From the NCBI GenBank assembly GCA_035634675.1, contig DASQCM010000209.1, positions 1 through 30,828 of the forward strand: 30,828 bases of DNA, given 5' to 3'. Numbering within the stretch: position 1 is the stretch's first letter; each line of letters opens with the position of its first letter. Shown here one piece after another: positions 25,598 to 30,828 of the stretch. A program made the position numbers and the translations under genes. A model generated the notes under the pieces. The model made no database searches. It saw nothing but the letters and a program-made list of their open reading frames with translations, and was not told where the DNA came from. Source of the DNA: Gaiellaceae bacterium. GTDB taxonomy: Bacteria > Actinomycetota > Thermoleophilia > Gaiellales > Gaiellaceae.

Positions 25598-26765
25598 GGC
25601 CGCGACCGTACTGGACGTCCATGCTGCGCGCGCCCGCTTCTCGTCGCTGGGCGACGGCGGCTTCGTGTTCCTCGACGCGCCTGGCGGCTCGCAGGTGCCG
25701 GACGAGGTCGGCGACGCGATCGCCCGCACGCTGCGCGACGCCTCGGCGAACATCGGCGCGCTCTACGAGACGAGCCACCGGGTCGAGCGGATCCTCGCCA
25801 CGGCCCGCGACGACGCCGCGCGCTTCCTGAACTGCTCTGCCGACGACGTGATCTTCGGCCAGAACATGACCGTGCTCGACTTTGCGCTGTCGCGAACCGC
25901 CGCGCGCGACTGGGGCGAGGGCGACCGCATCCTCGTCTCGCGGCTCGACCACGACGGCGGCGTGTCGCCCTGGGTGGAGCTCGCCGCCGATCGCGGCTTC
26001 GAGCTCGAATGGGTGGACGTCACGCCCGACCTGCGCCTCGACTACGACGATCTCGAGCAGAAGCTGGACGATCGTGTCCGCGTCGTCGCGTGCGTCGCCT
26101 CGTCGAACGCGGTCGGCACGATCGTGGACGTCGCGCGCGTGTCGGAGCTCGCCCACTCCGTCGGCGCGCTCTGCTGGGTCGACGCGGTGCAGTACGCCGC
26201 ACACGTGCCGACGGACGTTCGAGCTCTCGGCTGCGACCTCTTCATCTGCTCGGCCTACAAGTTCTGCGGCCCGCACCTCGGGCTCGCATACGGCAGGCAC
26301 GAGCTGCTCGAGTCGTGGCACCCGTACAAGGCGCGGCCGGCGTCGTCGCATCCGGTCGGGCGGAGGTTCGAGCCGGGCACCGCGCCGTACGAGCTCCTCG
26401 CCGGCTTCTCGGCGACGATCGGCTACCTCGAGTCGCTCGGCGGCATGCCCGCCATCGCGGAGTACGAGCGCGAGCTCGGGCAGCGCTTCCTCGACGGACT
26501 TCCCGACTCGGTCACCGTCTACGGGCTGCAGTCGATGGACGGGAGAGTGCCGACGTTCCTGCTCAACGTGGACGGCCTCCCCGCGGCCGACGTCGCAGCA
26601 CGGATGGCCGAGCAGGGCTTCGGCGTCTGGGCGCACGACAACTGGTACTCGCTCGGGCTGCGCGAGAAGCTCCCGTATCCGGACAGCGCGGTCCGCGTCG
26701 GGCTCATCCACTACAACACCGCCGACGAGATCGACCGCTTCAACATCGCGCTCGCCGAGTTGTAG
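25596..26765 (+). CDS. Cysteine desulfurase-like class-V PLP protein (VC1184-type subfamily), 389 aa
   Basis: FLDAPGGSQ, LDHDG, VDAVQY, SAYKFCGPH (PLP Lys), FEPGT, VRVGLIHYNT. Confidence 0.85.
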   Translation: MAATVLDVHAARARFSSLGDGGFVFLDAPGGSQVPDEVGDAIARTLRDASANIGALYETSHRVERILATARDDAARFLNCSADDVIFGQNMTVLDFALSRTAARDWGEGDRILVSRLDHDGGVSPWVELAADRGFELEWVDVTPDLRLDYDDLEQKLDDRVRVVACVASSNAVGTIVDVARVSELAHSVGALCWVDAVQYAAHVPTDVRALGCDLFICSAYKFCGPHLGLAYGRHELLESWHPYKARPASSHPVGRRFEPGTAPYELLAGFSATIGYLESLGGMPAIAEYERELGQRFLDGLPDSVTVYGLQSMDGRVPTFLLNVDGLPAADVAARMAEQGFGVWAHDNWYSLGLREKLPYPDSAVRVGLIHYNTADEIDRFNIALAEL

Positions 26766-26769
26766 TATC

Positions 26770-26785
26770 ACGAACATATGTTCGT
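26770..26785. promoter_or_regulatory. LexA (SOS) box overlapping the dinB start codon
   Basis: Perfect 16-bp palindrome ACGAACATATGTTCGT matches the Gram-positive/actinobacterial CGAAC-N4-GTTCG consensus; -10 TAGTAT at 26763-68. Confidence 0.88.
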
Positions 26786-27944
26786 CCTGCACGCGGATGC
26801 GGATTCGTTCTTCGCGTCGGTCGAGCAGCGGGACGACCCCAGGCTCCGCGGCCGGCCGGTCATCGTCGGCGGCGGCGTCGTGCTCGCGGCGAGCTACGAG
26901 GCGAAGGCCTACGGGATCCGCACTGCGATGGGCGGGCGGCAGGCGCGGCGCCTCTGCCCCGACGCCATCGTCGTGCCGCCGCGGCACACCGCATACGTTG
27001 AGGCAAGCCGCGCGATGTTCGCGGTCTTCGAGGACGCGTCGCCCGTCGTCGAGGGCCTGTCGATCGACGAGGCGTTCCTGGACGTGCGCGGAATGGAGCG
27101 GATCGCCGGCACGCCGGTCGAGATCGCCGTGCGGCTGCGTGCCGCGGTACGCGACCGGGTGGGGCTGCCCGTCACCGTCGGCATCGCCCGCACGAAGTTC
27201 CTCGCGAAGGTCGCAAGCGGCGTTGCGAAGCCCGACGGCCTGATAGCCGTACCCCCGGACCGCGAGCTCGAGTTCCTCCACCCCCTGCCGGTCGACTGCG
27301 TGTGGGGCGTCGGCCCGGCGACCGCGCGGCGGCTGCAGGCGTGGAACGTTCGGACGGTCGGCGAGCTTGCCGCCCTCTCGGAGTCCACGCTCGTCGCGAT
27401 GCTCGGCCGGGCGACGGGCCGCCAGCTGCACGCGCTCGCACGCAACCGCGATTTCCGGCGCGTGGAGCCGGGAAAGCGGCGCGGCTCGATCGGCTCGCAG
27501 CGCGCGATCGGGCGCGGGCGACATTCGGCCGAGACGATCGACGCGACGCTTGTCGGGATCGTCGACCGGATCACTCGGCGGCTTCGGACGGCAGGGCGCG
27601 TCGGCCGGACGGTCGTGCTTCGCCTCCGTTTCGGCGACTTCGAGCGGGCAACGCGCTCGCATACCCTCACGTTCGCGACCGCGAGCACGCAGGTGATCCT
27701 CGTCACGGCGCGTGCACTCCTCGCGACCACGACGCCGCTGATCGAGCGCCGCGGGATCACGCTGGTCGGGTGCTCCGTCGCAATGCTCGAGGACGACCGG
27801 ACTCGCCAGCTCCTGCTCGGACCTGACGAGGCGGTCGACGCCGCCGTCGACGCAATCCGCGACCGTTACGGCAGCGCGGCGATCACGCGCGCCGTCCTGC
27901 TCGGCCGCGACCCCGGCTTCTCTATGCCGATGCTGCCGGACTGA
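26778..27944 (+). CDS. dinB: DNA polymerase IV (Y-family), 388 aa
   Basis: HADADSFFASVE, AASYEAK, SIDEAFLD, KFLAKVAS...KPDG, WGVG; SOS box. Confidence 0.93.
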   Translation: MFVLHADADSFFASVEQRDDPRLRGRPVIVGGGVVLAASYEAKAYGIRTAMGGRQARRLCPDAIVVPPRHTAYVEASRAMFAVFEDASPVVEGLSIDEAFLDVRGMERIAGTPVEIAVRLRAAVRDRVGLPVTVGIARTKFLAKVASGVAKPDGLIAVPPDRELEFLHPLPVDCVWGVGPATARRLQAWNVRTVGELAALSESTLVAMLGRATGRQLHALARNRDFRRVEPGKRRGSIGSQRAIGRGRHSAETIDATLVGIVDRITRRLRTAGRVGRTVVLRLRFGDFERATRSHTLTFATASTQVILVTARALLATTTPLIERRGITLVGCSVAMLEDDRTRQLLLGPDEAVDAAVDAIRDRYGSAAITRAVLLGRDPGFSMPMLPD

Positions 27945-28854
27945 CGATCCGGGCGTACACGTCGAGGTCGATGTTCCCGCCGCTGACGATGCAGACGCAG
28001 CGGTCGTCGCGCCTCAGCGCGGCCGCCAGCGCGAGAGCGCCGGCGCCTTCGGCGACGACGTGGGCGCGGGCGGCGAGCAGGCGCACGGCCTCCTCGACCT
28101 CCGTGAGCGGGAGCGCAACCGCCTCGTCGACGAGCTCGCGCGCACGCTCCCACACCCCGGGCAGCAGCGCGCGGCCGCCGGCGCCGTCCACCCACGACGC
28201 CTGGAACTCGATCTCCCGCGGCTCTCCGGCCGCGAACGCCGCGGCCAACGGGGCCCCGGTCTCCGGCTCGGCGGTCACGACGTGTACCTGCGGCCGCAGC
28301 GCCTTGACGACGCTCGCGATCCCCGACGTCAATCCACCACCGCCCCACGGGATGACGACCGAGTCGAACTCCGGTGCGTCCTCCACGATCTCGAGACCGA
28401 TCGTGCCGTTCCCCGCCATCACCGCTTCGTCGCCCGACGGGTGGATGAAGAGCCCGTCCACGCCGTCGCGACCGTGGTCGACCATGGCCTGCCACCACTC
28501 CTCGTGCGTGACCGGCACAAGCTCCGCCCCGAGCGCCTCGATCCGGTCGAGCTTCGTGCGCGGTGCACTGTCGGGGACGATCACGCGCGCCGGCACACCG
28601 GCCTCGCGCGCAGCCCAGGCGACGCCTTGCGCCATGTTCCCGGCGCTCGCCGTGACGACGCCCGACTCCAGTTCCGCGGGCGATGCCGCCCGGACCGCGG
28701 ACAGTGCGCCGCGGAGCTTGAAGCAGCCGATCGGCTGGAGGCACTCCAGCTTTAGCCGGATTCGTTCGTCGGTGCCCAGCGGGACGACCGGCGTGCGGAG
28801 GACGTCGTCGCCGATCCGCTCGCGCGCCCGGCGAATCTCATCGAGCGGGATCAG
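27922..28854 (-). CDS. Threonine/serine dehydratase-like PLP enzyme, catalytic domain only (probable CTG start), about 310 aa
   Basis: LRTPVV, LKLECLQPIGCFKLRGA (PLP Lys), SAGNMAQG, PWGGGGL, EGAGA, SGGN; no ACT domain. Confidence 0.85.
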   Translation of the reverse strand: MIPLDEIRRARERIGDDVLRTPVVPLGTDERIRLKLECLQPIGCFKLRGALSAVRAASPAELESGVVTASAGNMAQGVAWAAREAGVPARVIVPDSAPRTKLDRIEALGAELVPVTHEEWWQAMVDHGRDGVDGLFIHPSGDEAVMAGNGTIGLEIVEDAPEFDSVVIPWGGGGLTSGIASVVKALRPQVHVVTAEPETGAPLAAAFAAGEPREIEFQASWVDGAGGRALLPGVWERARELVDEAVALPLTEVEEAVRLLAARAHVVAEGAGALALAAALRRDDRCVCIVSGGNIDLDVYARIVSPAASA

Positions 28855-29576
28855 GTCGGGTCGCTCTCCTTGGCGAGCTCGGTGAGGTCGGTACGCACGG
28901 TCCAGAGCTCCGGGAACATCTTGTGCTTGATCAGCCCGGCGAGCAGCTCGACCGGCGTGCCCTGAGTACCCACGACGTCCTCGCCGATCACGCGCCCGAC
29001 CATCTTCACGTGGCGGAAGCGCCAGATGCCGACCTGCTCGTCCCAGTCGATGAGGGCCTCGGCGAGCTGGTACAGATCCTCGTGCTCTCGGCCCTGCGTG
29101 TAGACCTCGAGCAGCGACAGCCCCCGCTCGCGCCGCAGCGCGTCGAACGCCGCGTAGAGGCCCGGCGAGACCTGCCGGACTCCGCGGAAGCCGGGCGAGT
29201 CGAAGCCCGAGCCGTGGCCGAGCACGCGCCGCACCTCCTGGTACTCCCACGGCGACATGAGCTCTAGGTGCTCGAGGAACGAGACGACGTGGCGCACGGC
29301 GGCGTTCGCCCGCCGCAGCAGTCGCAGCGCGCCTGCGAGGTCACGCGCCTCGATCAGCCGCGTCGCCTCCTCCACCTCCATCCACGCATGCTTGAGCCAG
29401 AGCTCCGACGACTGGTGGACGGTCTGGAAGAGGAGCTCGTCGCGGTGCACCCACTCGTCCGGCGCCTTCTGGAGAGCGAGCAGCTCGTCGGTACGGAGGT
29501 AACGCTCGTAGTCGCTCGCGCCCTCGCCGGGCAGGATCGGCTTGAACTCCTCCTCGTCGCCGTGCGGGGCTTCCAC
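28851..29576 (-). CDS. Tryptophan 2,3-dioxygenase-family heme protein (divergent), 241 aa
   Basis: YERYLRTDELLALQ, DELLFQTVHQSSELW, GSGFDSPGF, RHVKMVGRVIG (proximal His), GTQGT, FPELW. Confidence 0.85.
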   Translation of the reverse strand: MEAPHGDEEEFKPILPGEGASDYERYLRTDELLALQKAPDEWVHRDELLFQTVHQSSELWLKHAWMEVEEATRLIEARDLAGALRLLRRANAAVRHVVSFLEHLELMSPWEYQEVRRVLGHGSGFDSPGFRGVRQVSPGLYAAFDALRRERGLSLLEVYTQGREHEDLYQLAEALIDWDEQVGIWRFRHVKMVGRVIGEDVVGTQGTPVELLAGLIKHKMFPELWTVRTDLTELAKESDPT

Positions 29577-29586
29577 GGCGCCGACC

Positions 29587-30654
29587 CTACTGGAAGATCT
29601 GCATCGGGAGGCCCGCGAGTGGGACGCCGCCGTCCTCGGTCACGAGCCACGTGTCCTGCATGTAGAGGCACTCCACGCCGTCCGCTGCGATCGCGTGCGG
29701 ATGCATGGAGAAGACCATGTTCGTGGCAAGCTCGGTCTCGACGGCCTCGCCGATCTTCGGGTGCTCGATCATCGTCATCCCGATCGAATGGCCCGTGACA
29801 TGGCCGAGGTGGTAGCCGCGCTGCGTGAAGCCGGCCGAGACCGCGCGGTGGACGTCGTGGGCGGTGGCGCCCGAGCGGAGGGCGGTCTGCGCGACGGCGT
29901 AGTACTCCTCATACGCTTCGAGCATCCGCTTCACCTCGTCGCCCGGCGTGCCGAGCGCGCGGGAGACCTCCACCCAGTGTCCGCCCGGCCCGGCGATCTC
30001 GAGGGACGGGATCGTGAACTCGCCGAAGACCGTGTCGTCGCGCGCGATCGCGAACTCGGCGCCGACGAGCACCATGTTCATCGTCAGCCGGCCGCAGCCG
30101 CGCTCCACGAACAGCTCCTCCGCCGGCGCGAGCACGTCGGCGGCGGTGCGGCCCGGCGCCCAGGCCCGGTGGAAGGCGTGGAAGCCGGCGACATTGATCG
30201 CGACGCTGTCGCGCACCGACTCGAGCTCGGCGTCGGACTTCACCGCCCGGGCGAGGTCGAATGCCACGTCCCACGAGACGAGCTCGGCCGCGTCGGCGAG
30301 GGGCCCGTAGTCGCGGACGGTCAGCACGTAGTCGAGCCCGTAGACGCCGACCCGCTTGCCACGGAGCCGGTCGGCGAGCCACTCGCCCGGCCGATCGGCG
30401 AAGACCTGGTCGGCGATTTGGGAGTCGCCGTGCTCGCCGACGTAGCGCGCCTCTGCCGGGAAGACGATCGCCGGATCGCCCTCTCGCGGCACGAGCACGT
30501 AGGCGTAGCGATGGACGATCTGGAAGCCCGACAGGTACGTGACCGCCCCTTCGAAGCCCGTGTACTCGGAGCCGCAGACGAGTGCGGCGTCGAGCCCGTC
30601 CCGCTCGAGCGCCTCGCGCACCCGCTCGTGCCGTGCGGTCAGCTCTGCGTCCAC
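29587..30654 (-). CDS. M24/creatinase-fold (Xaa-Pro peptidase-family) protein with non-canonical metal ligands, 355 aa
   Basis: Creatinase_N-like N-terminus (GLDAALV...YLSGF), RAVKSDAEL, GHSIG, DTWLVTEDG; GTG start with SD AAAGGAG. Confidence 0.82.
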   Translation of the reverse strand: MDAELTARHERVREALERDGLDAALVCGSEYTGFEGAVTYLSGFQIVHRYAYVLVPREGDPAIVFPAEARYVGEHGDSQIADQVFADRPGEWLADRLRGKRVGVYGLDYVLTVRDYGPLADAAELVSWDVAFDLARAVKSDAELESVRDSVAINVAGFHAFHRAWAPGRTAADVLAPAEELFVERGCGRLTMNMVLVGAEFAIARDDTVFGEFTIPSLEIAGPGGHWVEVSRALGTPGDEVKRMLEAYEEYYAVAQTALRSGATAHDVHRAVSAGFTQRGYHLGHVTGHSIGMTMIEHPKIGEAVETELATNMVFSMHPHAIAADGVECLYMQDTWLVTEDGGVPLAGLPMQIFQ

Positions 30655-30827
30655 GATGCCTCCACTCCTTTCACGAGCGCCTGGATCGCCGCGTTGAGCG
30701 GCGTCGGGATGCCGTATTCCCGGCCGAAGCGGACTATGCCGCCGTTGAGATAGTCCACCTCCGTAGGCCGCCGCGCCTCGACGTCCTGAAGCATCGACGC
30801 CTTGTGGTCGTAGGCGACGTCCTTGCG
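30639..30827 (-). CDS. Ketopantoate reductase (PanE/ApbA) family, C-terminal fragment (5' part outside window)
   Basis: Translated by hand: RKDVAYDHKASMLQDVEARRPTEVDYLNGGIVRFGREYGIPTPLNAAIQALVKGVEASWTQS*; SMLQD...TEVDYLNG is the ApbA_C signature. Confidence 0.88.
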   Translation of the reverse strand, partial: RKDVAYDHKASMLQDVEARRPTEVDYLNGGIVRFGREYGIPTPLNAAIQALVKGVEASWTQS

Positions 30828-30828
30828 C

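Noticed and set aside
25419-27662. Long alternative ORFs (747 aa here; also 4255..5943, 15504..16934, 18521..20398, 23089..23973 and similar)
   Set aside because: Arg/Pro/Ala-rich shadow frames expected at this GC content; each overlaps a gene with clear family motifs.

Overview
A very GC-rich, gene-dense bacterial window. Gene style and content suggest Actinomycetota, probably Thermoleophilia/Gaiellales-like (inference, not tested). I found no rRNA, tRNA, CRISPR array or mobile element. About 34 genes are supportable. The main find is the left ~7.5 kb, a candidate uncharacterised peptide-processing or signalling (RiPP-like) locus. It has two tandem small genes (55 and 64 aa) built from repeated cassettes: acidic spacer + [D/E]VE[G/A]H + VR-core (VRHGGGHG three times). 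Each gene has its own ECF-type promoter (GGAAGA-N16-CGTCTA), 5' hairpin, strong RBS and terminator. Around them lie an ECF sigma factor whose 3' end contains a third copy of the promoter, an 84-aa protein with an NHLP-leader-like helix, an MFS-cNMP fusion transporter, a signal-less S8 protease coupled to a stand-alone GAF protein, an FTCD-C protein and an APH-kinase/class-III aminotransferase fusion. The rest of the window holds an L,D-transpeptidase, a creatininase-family protein, a Cys-rich secreted protein, a lipoprotein + Ser/Thr kinase pair, two paralogous membrane-anchored proteins, an orphan zf-HC2 anti-sigma, an Opp/Dpp ABC operon with two OppB paralogs, acetoacetate-CoA ligase, citrate synthase, an aldo/keto reductase, a cysteine-desulfurase-like protein, dinB with a LexA box over its start codon, and a PanE-like/M24-like/TDO-like/dehydratase operon. 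Two genes appear to need CTG starts and many appear leaderless. All family calls are from motif recognition only; no database search was run.
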